From Leucoraja ocellata (lineage: Eukaryota): DNA of 64,000 nucleotides. The notes beneath the pieces were generated by a model. The model had not been told where the DNA came from. It saw only the letters and a program-made list of their open reading frames with translations, and did not search any database. A program made the position numbers and the translations under genes. Every line of letters begins with the position of its first letter. Within the stretch, counting starts at the first letter, position 1. The DNA lies in NCBI GenBank assembly GCA_036785375.1, contig JAWMAR010000116.1, forward strand, positions 2,914,001 through 2,978,000. Direction: 5' to 3'. This document shows positions 37,975 to 49,810 of the stretch, one piece after another.

Positions 37975-39043
37975 TCGAGGGAGTTAGATGTGGCCCTTCT
38001 GGCTAAGGGGATCAGGGGGTATGGAGAGAAGGCAGGTACGGGATACTGAGTTGGATGATCAGCCATGATCATATTGAATGGCGGTGCAGGCTCGAAGGGC
38101 CGAATGGCCTACTCCTGCACCTAATTTCTATGTTTCTATGTTTCTATGAATGTACATTGGAGACACAATCTGAGGAAGGGTCTCGACACAAAACATCACC
38201 CATTCCTTATTTCCAGAGATGCTGCCTGTCTCGCTGAGTTACTCCAGCAATTTGTGTCAGAAACATTCTCTTTGTCCACATGGGCAAGAAGTTGTTTGTT
38301 TATTGAGGTTCATATCCTAAACAATGTGTGTGTGTACTGCTCTAGACACAAATTCAGGGTAACTCCCACCATTTGAAACTTTATCTCAAGATTCTCAAAG
38401 GCTCTTTCTGTGGATATCAATCACGCATGGAACTTTTCTGCTCATTGCCACATTACAAAAGCTAAGGGTAACCTTACTGGCAAAGTGAGAGATAAATACA
38501 ACCTTTGCACTTACACCTCTAAGGGGCATTTGGCAGCGATTCTACTTCTAGGTTGCGATTCAGAATCCTAAAGAAACATCCATGGTGGGCAAAGAAAGCT
38601 CACACTCCTTTCTTGCATCTTTTTTTCCCTCCCCTCCTACAACAGTCTGAAGAAGTATCCCGACTTGAAACATCACCTACCCAAGATCTGTAGATATGGA
38701 TATTTTTAAGATGGAGATTGACAGATTTTTGATTAGGAATTATGGGGTTATGGGGAGAAGGCAGAAGAATGGGATTGTGTGGGAAAGATCAATCAGCCAT
38801 GATTGAATGGCAGATTAAACTTGATGGGCCAAATGGCCTTATTCTGCTCTTAGAACTTATGAAATTATGCTACCTGACCTGCTGAGTTACTCCAGCACCT
38901 TGTGTCTTTCTTTGGTAAACCAGCATCAGCAGTTCCTTGTTATTAGTTGAATGATCAGCCATGATCATATTGAATGGCGGTGCAGGCTCAAAGGGCCGAA
39001 TGGCCTACTCCTGCACCTATTTTCTATGTTTTTATGTTTCTAT
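37975..39043 (+). mobile_element. Cluster of CR1 3' tails (37975-38147, 38690-38865, 38950-39043) and PLE repeats (38168-38260, 38640-38942)
   Basis: GGCCGAATGGCC hairpin with (TTTCTATG)n tails; CTGARGAAG motifs. Confidence 0.8.
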
Positions 39044-39279
39044 ATTACATTCAAGGTGGTCACAGAGAAGTTTACATGCCTGGCAATGTTCTTCCATGAA
39101 TGATACCTCTATCCACCTTTCTCTGTCATTTCTGATCTGATGATCATGAAACAACTTCTATTTTTTAATGGGGTATGATGAATTGAGTTCCAACCTGCAT
39201 CAGTCTACTTGAAGATATTTTAGCAGAGAGTTGTACTATATTGTGGCAAGGAGAGATGTGTCCGAGTATAAATAATCCA

Positions 39280-39702
39280 AGCCTTGAATCCAGAACCAGG
39301 GGCCACAATTTAAGGCCTGAAGAAGGGTTTCGGCCCGAAACATTGCCTATTTCCTTCGCTCCATAGATGCTGCTGCACTCGCTGTTTTTCTCCAGCACTT
39401 TTGTCGGCCACAGTATAAGAATAAGGGGTAGACCATTTAGAACAGAGATGAGGAAAAACTTTTTCACCCAGAGAGTTGCAAATCTTTGGAATTTTTGTCT
39501 CAGAAGGCAGTGGAGGCCAATTCTCTGGATGCTTTCAAGAGAGAGTTAGATGGAGCTCTCAAAGATAGCGGAGTCAGGGGATATGGGGAGAAGGCAGGAA
39601 CGGGGTACTGATTGTGGATGATCAGCCTTGATCACAATGAATGGCACGGATGGATCGAAGGGCCAAATGACCTTTTCCTGCTCCTATTGTCTATTGTCTA
39701 TT
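39280..39702 (+). mobile_element. CR1 3' fragment interrupted by a hammerhead element (39315-39405)
   Basis: GHSIRIRGRPFRTEMRKNFFTQRV; TSD GGCCACAATTTAAG / GGCCACAGTATAAG. Confidence 0.85.
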
Positions 39703-39799
39703 TAGCATTATTAAAATGAATGAATGGTATAAGACATGATTTAGACCAATGTGATGAAAATCTCACTAGAGCCAAAGTTACCAACTGCTACGACATAGA

Positions 39800-40403
39800 A
39801 GGAGGTCAGATGGTTCCTCAGGTCCACACTGGCCAAACCCGTCCATGCCAACCCAGATGCCCCATCTAAGCCAGATACGTTTGCTGACATTTGGCCCATA
39901 CTGTATCTCTCTAAACCTTTCCTATCTATGTACCTATTCAAGTGTCTTTTAAAAATTGTTATACTATCTGTCTCAACAACCTCCTCTGACAGTTCGTCCC
40001 ATATATTCATCATCCTCTCTCCTCTCCTCCAGCGCTGCGTGCACCTTGTCCTGTTTCTCTTTGATTGTTTCATCATCTGCATACACAAACGGTTAAATTA
40101 CAATAACCAAGTAACCATCCAGCATCTCAGTAGGATGTGGCAGGCAACTAGAGCACCGGAATGAAACACAGAGAGTGGTGAATCTCTGGAACTCTCTGCC
40201 GCAGAGGGTAGTCGAGGCCAGTTCATTGGCTATATTTAAGAGAGAGTTAGATGTGGCCCTTGTGGCTAAAGGGATCAGAGGGTATGGAGAGAAGGCAGGT
40301 ATGGGATACGGAGTTGGATGATGAGCCATGGTCATATTGAATGGCGGTGCAGGCTCGAAGGGCCGAATGGCCTACTCCTGCACCTAATTTCTATGTTTCT
40401 ATG
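39800..40403. mobile_element. CR1 3' fragments (39800-40020 minus, 40165-40403 plus)
   Basis: 40165-40403 is near-identical to 56587-56825. Confidence 0.85.
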
Positions 40404-40597
40404 AAACTTACAGTCATGGGGAGAGCATGCAAATTCCATTCAGAAAGCAACAAAGGTCAGGATCAAAGCTGGATCCCAGAAATGAGAAGGCAGTGACGTT
40501 AGTTACTTACTCTGGTTAGTTACTCTGTCACCGTGCTAGTCTCATATTTGTTTGGAATCATTAATATTTGTTGTGTACTGTATCCCTCTCTTGTTAT

Positions 40598-40912
40598 TTA
40601 GTTCAATTTGGTTTGGTTTACAGATACAGCGCGGAAACAGGCCCCTTCGGCCCATCGAGTCCACGCTGACCAGCGATCCCCGCATATTAACACCATCCAA
40701 CACACACTCGGGACAATTTCCATTTATACAAAGCCAATTAACCTACACACCTGTACGTCTCTGGAATGTGGGAGGAAACCGAAGATCTCGGAGAAAACCC
40801 ACGTGGTCACGGGGAGAACGTACAAACTCTGTGCAGTCAGTACCCGTAGTCGGGGTCAAACCCTGGCCTCTGGCGCTGTAGGCAAATCTACTGCTGCATC
40901 ACCGTGCCACCC
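40598..40912 (-). mobile_element. HE1/V-SINE-like SINE
   Basis: Family homology. Confidence 0.9.
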
Positions 40913-41372
40913 GTGTAGGGTGAGAACAGTGCCCACTGCCCTTTTATTCGGTGCACAGCCACTGACTTGTACTCATGTATGATATGAGTGTTCTCACGTA
41001 TGGTCTGCCTGGATGGCACGCAAAACAAAGCATTTCCCTGTATCTGTACACATGACAATAATAAACCAGCATCAATCATTTAAACATGTTGTAAAACCAG
41101 GAGCGGGACGTGAAATTCGCTGACAAATTACACTTGATTGCACTTGACTGACTTCAACTTCAACTCATCAAAAACATACACAAGATCATTAAAGCAGAGC
41201 CAACACATTTTTTTCTGTTTTGTTGTCAATTTTTCAGGAGTTGTGAACATGAATTTCTAGGTTAATCTGTTGATCATTCTCGAGTGGGGAAGAAATTGAC
41301 TCCAGCTTAAACTTATTTTTTAACATTCCTGTCTCGATTTAGTGCGATCACACACTACAATACTATTTGGAT

Positions 41373-41507
41373 GTACACAAAAACCCTTCAGGATTTTGGC
41401 CCGAAACGTTGCCTATTTCCTTCGCTCCATAGATGCTGCTGCACCCGTTGAGTTTCTCCAGCATTTTTGTGTACCTTCAATTTTCCAGCATCTGCAGTTC
41501 CTTCTTA
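41373..41507 (+). mobile_element. PLE-derived short element (subfamily B) with perfect 14-bp TSD
   Basis: AATACTATTTGGAT at 41359-41372 and 41508-41521. Confidence 0.88.
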
Positions 41508-42084
41508 AATACTATTTGGATTGCTGGATTGCTATTACCCATAATAACACCATCAATGGAGGTAGATACCACTATCATTGCAGGTAGATAGGGTGATGAA
41601 GAATACTTTTGACACACTATACTTCATCAATCAGGGAACTGAGTATAGAAGTTGCAATGTTATGTTACAGATGTTACAGAGATCGAACTTGGAATATTGA
41701 TTTCCATGTGCAAACCAGTAACTCCCAGTGTAGTCAGGAAATCCAGGTGGATTTTCCTTCCAAGCAGTTTTTGATCAGATGACATCAGCCATTCCGAACT
41801 GTTAGATTGCAATAAATAAAATCTCCAAATTCACTGAAAAGATATGCAAACCAATATCAATGCACTCTCCCAGCAAGTAAGAATTTCATTGTTCTATCTG
41901 GGACATATGACAATAAAACAATTTTGACTCTCTTGATCACCATTTCCAGCACTGATGTCCTAGTTAGTCAACTATGTTGAATAGACCGTATGTTGATGAG
42001 AGGCATCGATGGTCATAGTTTTTGTTTCTCAGGTTTGCTGAGTAGGGCAGCTTAAAGCTAGAAGTTATGGAATTAAGGTGATAG

Positions 42085-43085
42085 ACTTTAGAACTTAGAG
42101 ATACAGTGCAGAAACAGGTCCTTCAGCCCACTGACTCCGCCCCGGCCAGTGATCACCCCGTACACTAACACTATCGTACACACCAGCCGAAATTGCAGCC
42201 CTGACCATCACGCAAACCAATCTCCCTTCCATTGACTCCATCAACACTTCATGCTGCATCAGCAGAGCCACCAGCATAATCAAGGACCAGTCTCAGCCCG
42301 GTTACTCAATCTCCTCCCCTCTCCCATTAGGCAAGAGGTACAGAAATTTGAAAACTCATACTCCAGACTCAGGGACGATTTCTTCCCAACTGAACCGTCC
42401 TCTCAGCTAGAGAGTGGACCTGACCACCCATCTACCTCATTGGAGACCTTCGATCTATCTTTAATACGATTTTACTGGACATTATTTTGCACTAAATCTT
42501 TATCTGTACACTGTGGATAGCTTGATTGTAATCATGTATAGTCTTTCGCTGACTGGATAGCAGGCAGCAAAAAAGCTTTTAATTGTTCCTTGGTACATAA
42601 ACTAATCTCACCGATGAAAATTTACAAGAATGTTGCCAGGACATGAGGGCGTGAGCTATAGGGAGAGGTTTGGTGGGCTTGGAGCACGGGGGTCTGAGGG
42701 ATGATCTTAGAGAGGTGTGTGTATAAAATCATGAAGGGAATAGATCAGGTGAATGCACAGTCTTTTTTTCCAGGGTAGGGGAATCAAAAACCAGAGCGCA
42801 TAGGTTTAATTAAGGTGAAAGGGGAAAGATTTAATAGGAAGGGGCAACGATTTCACACATAAGGTCGTTGTTATATGGAAAGAGCTGGCAGAGGAAATAG
42901 TTGAGGCAGGTGCAGTAACAACATAAAAAATTCATTTGAACAGATCCGTGGAAAGGAGATATTTAGTGGGATATGGGCCCAGTAAGGGAAAATGGGACTA
43001 GGTTAGATGGGACATGGTGGTCGGCATGGACAAGTCAGGCAAAGTGCCTGTTTCTGTGCAGCATGAGTCTATAGCTCTATGATTA
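42085..43085. mobile_element. SINE tail (-), Rex1 3' fragment (+, 42195-42600) and CR1 3' fragment (+, 42615-43085)
   Basis: Homology to other copies in the window. Confidence 0.78.
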
Positions 43086-43089
43086 TCTC

Positions 43090-43400
43090 TATGGTTCCAG
43101 ACCATGCCCGATACCAGATTCCACGCCTGATACTATCAGAACTCTGTCAGGGAGCGAGATTAGCAAGCAGACAGAGAAAAAGATTCAAGATGTGCCCAAA
43201 GCCTCCTGAAGACACACAGCACCCCCACCGACTCCTGGAAACATCTGAAACATCTGAGTGCAAACGGAGAATGCAGGATGTATTGAGAAGCTTGAGACCA
43301 GTCATTGGGGTGCAAACAGAAGCCCTGAAAAACAGGGGAAGGATCGCACCACCCCACCAACTCGCCATAGCCTGACCACTCAGTCCCTTCTGTCCATCTG
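43090..43400 (+). mobile_element. Degenerate RTE LINE fragment
   Basis: IPRLILSELCQGARLASRQRKRFK resembles the RTE C-terminus. Confidence 0.6.
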
Positions 43401-43756
43401 TGAATGAGTGTGTGTGTCCAACTTGACCTCAGTAAGCACCTCAGAACTCACAAAGCTAGAATGCCTAAGAAGAAGAAAAAAAGACAAAGGAGATGAAAAG
43501 GAAGAAAACAACTACTGTTTACATTTATTGGAGCGAGTGATACTGCGTGGAAACAAGTCCATGCCCATCATTCCACCATTTACACGAATCCAACATTAAT
43601 CTTGTCATAGAGTGATAGAGTCAAACAATACAGAAACAGGCCCTTCGGCCCAACTTGTCCATGCCAACCAAGATGCCCCATAGACCTTAATCCCACCTGC
43701 CCTCGTTTGGCCCAAATCCCTTTCTTATCCATGTAATCCACCTTTATTCTCTCCAT

Positions 43757-43986
43757 GTTCAAGAAGGAACTGCAGATGCTGGAAAATCGAAGGTACACAA
43801 AAATGCTGGAGAAACCCAGCGGGTGCAGCAGCATCTATGGAGCGAAGGAAATAGGCAACGTTTCGGGCCGAAACCCTTCTGAAATTCCAGTCTGAAGAAG
43901 GGTTTCGGCCCGAAACATTGCCTGTTTCCTTTGATACATAGATGCTGCCGCACCCTCTGAATTTCTCCAGCATTTTTGTCTACCTA
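43757..43986. mobile_element. Palindromic PLE terminal-repeat pair with perfect 13-bp TSD
   Basis: TTATTCTCTCCAT at 43744-43756 and 43987-43999; plus motif CTGAAGAAGGGT(TTCG)GCCCGAAACATT from 43892. Confidence 0.9.
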
Positions 43987-44104
43987 TTATTCTCTCCATA
44001 TCGTTATCAATATCTCCCCCCAGATTCCAGCACAAGGGGTCATTTACTGCAACCAATTTAATCTGCATGTCTTTGGGATGTGGGGGCAAAATGAGTAGGT
44101 TAAC

Positions 44105-44552
44105 CAATGATGAGCGTTTGTCAGCACGGGGCTTGTACTCGCTGGAGTTTAGAAGAATGAGGGGGGATCCTCATAGAAACATACAGAATAGTGAAAGGCT
44201 TGGATAGAGTGGATGTGGAGAGGATGTTTCCACTGGTGGGATAGTCTAGGACTAGAGGTCATAGCCTCAGAATTAAAGGACGTTCTTTTAGGAAGGTGAT
44301 GAGGAGGAATTTGTTTAGTCAGAGGGTGGTGAATCTGTGGAATTCTTTGCCACAGAAGGCTGTGGAGGCCAAGTCAGTGGATATTTTTAATGATTAGTGA
44401 TAGATTAGTGATTAGTACATGTGTCAGAGGTTATGCGGAGAAAGCAGGAGAATGGGGTTAGGAGGGAGAGATATATCAGTCATGATTGAATGGCAGAGTG
44501 GACGATGGGCCGAATGGCTTAATTCTACTCCTATCACTTATGACCTTATGAC
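44105..44552 (+). mobile_element. CR1 3' fragment inserted in an older minus-strand SINE (43990-44700)
   Basis: Homology to 20857-21208; SINE halves on both sides. Confidence 0.82.
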
Positions 44553-45044
44553 CTAAGGAAACCAAAGCATCCATAGGAAACAAACACAGTCACAGGGCGA
44601 ATGTGCAAATTCCATACAAACAGTAGCCAAGGTCAGGATTGACCCCAGGTCTCCAGCGCTGTGGACAGCGGCTTTACAAGCTGTGCCATTGTGCCACCCA
44701 CAATTACACTTGTCAAAAAGAAGGCACTTAACAGGAGTATTATAAAATAAAATCTGGTAGCAAAACCAGGTGACCAAAAGATTGATTAATAAAAAGTAAT
44801 GCTTAAGGTAAATAATACAGAGGACTAGAGAGGAAAATGGGTTCAGACAGGGAATGCCTAAACTATAGCAGCTGAAATATGAACATCAAAGGGGTGACAC
44901 ACAGGTGCCCGAGACTGGAGGACCACCGAGATTGCAAAGGGATTTAGTCAAACGGTAAAATGGAGTGCAAATACACGGCTTGATGGGAAAACAGAACTAA
45001 GAATCTTAAAATCAAGATGATGTCAATCTGGGAATTGGTGATTT

Positions 45045-45360
45045 TTACTTTAGGCCTCAGAGATACAGCGCGAAAATAGGCGATTTGACCCGTCGTGTCC
45101 AGACGACCAGCAATCATCCCGTACACTAACACTATCCGACACATTAGGGACAATTTACATTTTTTTACCAAAGCCAATTAAGCTACAAACCTGCACGTCT
45201 TTGGGGTGTGGGAGGAAACCGGAGCACCTGGAGAAACCCCAGGTGGTCACAGGGAGCACGTACAAACTCCATACAGAAAGCGCCCGTAGTCAGGATCGAA
45301 CACAGGTCTCTATCTGTTGCTGTAAGGCATTAGCTCTACCATTACGTCAACGTGCCGCCC
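45045..45360 (-). mobile_element. HE1/V-SINE-like SINE
   Basis: Family homology. Confidence 0.9.
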
Positions 45361-45613
45361 TCCCCTATTTACTCTATGAGCTTCATTGAAAGAAATTTAA
45401 TTGCAACTTTGTGTATATGAGACTAAAGTAAACCAAATTTAAAACTGAATCTAAATCTTATTTGTTGCTATTCGTGGTGCCTCACTGTGAACACAATGAT
45501 GACATGATACAATGCCATTATTTACATACATTCACAATTGTAAATTGCTTTTGAACATCCCCTGGACAAGAGGCAAGTTATCAATGTCTATTGTTTGCTT
45601 GTGCCATGGTGAC

Positions 45614-45880
45614 NNNNNNNNNNNNNNNNNNNNNNNNNNNNNNNNNNNNNNNNNNNNNNNNNNNNNNNNNNNNNNNNNNNNNNNNNNNNNNNNNNNNNNN
45701 NNNNNNNNNNNNNNNNNNNNNNNNNNNNNNNNNNNNNNNNNNNNNNNNNNNNNNNNNNNNNNNNNNNNNNNNNNNNNNNNNNNNNNNNNNNNNNNNNNNN
45801 NNNNNNNNNNNNNNNNNNNNNNNNNNNNNNNNNNNNNNNNNNNNNNNNNNNNNNNNNNNNNNNNNNNNNNNNNNNNNNNN
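45614..45880. other. Assembly gap (N)
   Basis: Run of n. Confidence 1.
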
Positions 45881-47599
45881 CCAAGGGAAATGAATGATAA
45901 CATCTCGAGGCTTGAAGGAGGACTTTGTCTTTATCCTCATTTATTTGGGCCCCATGATTTGCATATTTGCCCCCTTCAAAGGGACTAATGGTTTTATAGT
46001 AATTGTCATTGCCTGTTCAGATTTACTGTACTCTGCTGCCTTCCCCAGTGAGCTGAATATTAGCGTTGAGATTCTGGAAGTTCAAAATTACACATCCAGC
46101 AATGCCCAGCCCTGTATCACACTGTGCACCAGGGAGCAAACACTCAACAGGCAGTCGGACTTTGTGGTCTCATCTTTACACGTGCCAAAACAAAGAATAG
46201 TTTCAAATTGTGGTTTGGGAAGTTTAGCTTGTTACGGTGCAGGAGCACAGGAACTTGGGAGCAGACCATTCAGCCCCTCAGGCTTGTTCCGTAGTCTAAT
46301 TGAAACCTTGTGCCGCCCCTTCCCCTTGCAGGGAGCTCTCCCCCCCCCCCCCCCCCCGACACCCTCCTTTCACCCAGCTCCTGGAGGTGCAGTCCACATC
46401 TGAATCTTGGTAGGCAGGCCCAATGATCGTCCCCTTTCTCGCTTTTGCTCAGCGAGGAATACCGAGCTCGCCCCTTTGAGGATCATACAGCTGCGTTGGA
46501 TTTCCTGCCCTCAGCCAGGGAGAAGCCCAAGCGAAAAAAGCCCGGAGTTTGCATTGAAAGCATGAGCTGGTGCCAGGAAGAACGAGGGGGGATCAGCTGT
46601 TCCTAATAGATCGCAAGTGCATAGCTCACAGCAGCCCATCCATCCCACAGCACGAGCATGCGACTGGAAACTTTCCTTTCTCGCTTGCCAAGTATCTGAC
46701 TTGCAACTACCGAATGCTTGTAAAGCAATGGGTTTAATTTCCTCTGTGTTCTAATTTTAACACACTGATAATGTGTTCACATTAACTTCCTGTCTAAGCT
46801 ATTTTAACACAATCATTAACATCTTTATTTTAGAAGAGCGGAGACATGAATTTAACATAAATGTGCTGAGGAAATGAAATCCCCCAAAGGACTCATTGAG
46901 TACATCAAAGACTCTTTAGAGGAGTGTTTAAAACACAGCCTTTGTGTAACCATTTTATATGATCATTGCACTGATTAGTTTTCCATCTAGCTCTTAACTG
47001 CAGAGATCACAAACTTATATTTTCTCTTACAGCTCTCCTGCTAATTGCAATGGTGACCATTAACATGGGCCTAAACTTGCCATCATTTCGACAGCCACGG
47101 AGATTGTAAAGTGCTTTAGAAAGGCAACTTTTGAGAAACGGTCCTCGAGTAATTCACTGAATAAATCACGTTTTCGGTAAAAAAAACGAGATATTGCTTT
47201 GCTGACATCAGAGTGACTTGAAAAGACATAGCAGGGGTGAGTTTTCCCTGTGTGCTACTTAAAGAGGAGGCTGGCGAGAACAGGTCCGAGTGCTGAACAC
47301 ACAGAAAGGAGCCCTCCAAGCTATTCCAAAGGCACAAAACTGGGGTGGAGCTCACTTGGTATGGGCAAGTGGCAGCATCTTATATCATGAATTTTATATG
47401 TTGCATTTTATGTCATGAATGCTAAGAACATGATCATGGTAGCAGCAAGACCTTCAGTGGAGCCTTTGGATGCAAATACACAGCATTTCAAAGCCTTTGA
47501 GGTGAAGGTCTGGATACGATTCAGAAAGGATGAGGGATTCCAACTGCGTCAGATAGGAGAAGCTGCAACTGTTCTTGTGAAAGTTGACAGAGAAGCAAT

Positions 47600-47830
47600 G
47601 CATTTGCAGATGCTGGTTTACACCGAATATAGACACAAAAAGCTGGAGTAACTCGGTTTGGTCAGGCAGCCTCTCTGGAGAAAAAGAATAGGTGACGTTT
47701 CGGGTTGAGACCCTCCTTCAGACTGAGAGCCAGAGTAGAGGGAAACGAGATATATGAAAAGGTACGAGAGATATGAAAAGGTACATAGAACAAATTTATG
47801 AAAGATATGGACAAGGACAAATCAACAGCA
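47600..47830 (-). mobile_element. PLE terminal repeat with hammerhead-like motif
   Basis: GGTGACGTTTCGGGTTGAGACCCTCCTTCAGACT. Confidence 0.82.
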
Positions 47831-48189
47831 AAATTGAGGTGGCCTAGATTGTGACTGGATTAGAGAGGGTTAATAGGAAAATGTTGTTCAGAGCAAAGAA
47901 ATAGATCTAAAATCAGGGACAAAAGAGACTGGAGTGATGTGAGGATCGCTTATTTACAATGACAATAGTTGTGATCTAGAGGTCACTGCCTGTAGGAGTG
48001 TTATATGCACACAAAAGGGAACTAGATAGAATATAGAAAATAATTTGCAGGACAAGCGAACAATTAGAGGAATGGGATTGAATGGGATAGGTTAGCAGAC
48101 CAAATGATGTTAACAATTGTATGATTCTAAGGCGAGGCTATAAAAATATCAATAAAAACAGTGCAACTGGAAGCAGCTGAGGATTCGTA

Positions 48190-48392
48190 GAAAGACACAG
48201 AAAGTTGGAGTAACTCAGCGGGACAGGCAACATCTCTGGAGCGAAGGAATGGGTGGCGTTTCGGGTCGAGACCATTCGATCCGAAACGTCATGCATTCCA
48301 TTTCTCCAGAGATGCTGCCTGTCCCGCTGAGTTACTCAAGCTTTTTGTGTCTGACTTTGGTTTAAACCAGTTTAGGCAGTTCCTTCCTACAC
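48190..48392. mobile_element. Palindromic PLE terminal-repeat pair, junction inside the ribozyme
   Basis: GCGTTTCGGGTCGAGACC / TCGATCCGAAACGTC. Confidence 0.85.
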
Positions 48393-48964
48393 GGACCTTC
48401 AACAGACCTACTTAAATGTGATAGGTCTGAGATTATCCTTCCTAGCCGTCCCCATTACGGCTCCCTCTACCACCCCAACTGACAGTCTCTCTGGTGGCAG
48501 TACACAGTGATGGGCTGCACTACAGCGGCGTGGAGGTTTCAAGGAAGGAGGTGGGAGAAGGGAAGAAAATGCCAAGTTTTCTAACCTTGTTATTTGTGTT
48601 GAGTATAGATGTGAAGATTAAAAGTGGAACCTTTAGAGGCAACAGTTGGTCATTAAGACTTTTGAACTTTCTCTATAAAGGAAAGATTTGAATTTATAAA
48701 GTCCACATTGGATCCCATTCAGTGAGTCCCGAAGGACTTTACAACCAATGGCTTACTTATGAACTGTAGTAGCTTTTATAGTAAATCTTTTAGGCTGTTT
48801 ATCTATTGCAAGCTGCCACAACTAGTAATGTGTTAATGACCAATGGTCGTCTCCTTACTTGCTACAGAGGGACCGCCGCAAAGATTTACAGACATGTTCC
48901 AGATGTGGCAAATTTTCCACATGAGGAGAGATAGGGGTGGACTAGGTCCGTGTTCTCTAAGAAT

Positions 48965-49265
48965 GATAGATGGTAGAAGGTACAGGAGCCTGAAGACTGC
49001 AACGACCAGGTTCAGGAATAGCTACTTCCCCACAGCCATCAGACTATTAAACTTAGCTCGGACAAAACTCTGAACATTAATAGCCCATTATCTATTTATT
49101 TGCACTTTATCAGTTTATTTATTCGTGTGTGTATATATTTATATAATGGTATATGGACACACTGATCTGTTCTGTAGTCATGCCTATTATGTTCTGTTGT
49201 GCTGAAGCAAAGTAAGAATTTCATTGTCCTATCAGGGACACATGACAATAAACTCTCTTGAATCT
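48965..49265 (+). mobile_element. Rex1/Babar 3' end inserted in an old CR1 (48860-49470)
   Basis: GRRYRSLKTATTRFRNSYFPTAIRLLN. Confidence 0.85.
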
Positions 49266-49810
49266 TTGATGTCATTGAAATGTTTAAAATTCTCAAAGGG
49301 CTTAAGGGAATAGATGCAAGGAAGACGATTCCTCTGGCTAGGGAGTGTGACACTACAAGCTGTAATTTCACAGGAGTCTACCATTTAGCAGTGACCTGAG
49401 GAGCAACTTCTCCATTCAAAGGATGGTATAATTTTGAAATCCCCAACCTCAGAGGGCTGTGGAAGATCAGCCAAAGCACAGGTCATTGGATTCCCTTAAC
49501 AATTTGTGTAGTGGTTTCTAATCTCAGCTGAATCCACAACACAAAACAGTGACCGTACCTACAAGGAGGATGGGAGAAAAAGTGAGAAGTGTCACCTGCA
49601 ACCTGCTCATAGCATAGTTGAATTTCAGAGGCAATAGATTCCTGGAACGATGAGGAGTAATACCACCAACAGGTTCAGGCAAAGAGGCTCTGTTCTGCTT
49701 AATTACCTTCTCTTCTTCAGTTTCTCTCAGGTGGTGTAGTTTGCCAACCCCACAGGCCAGCATGGGCCTACACGAAGAACAGCACAGCCACTCATTTCCA
49801 CTGTGAAGCT

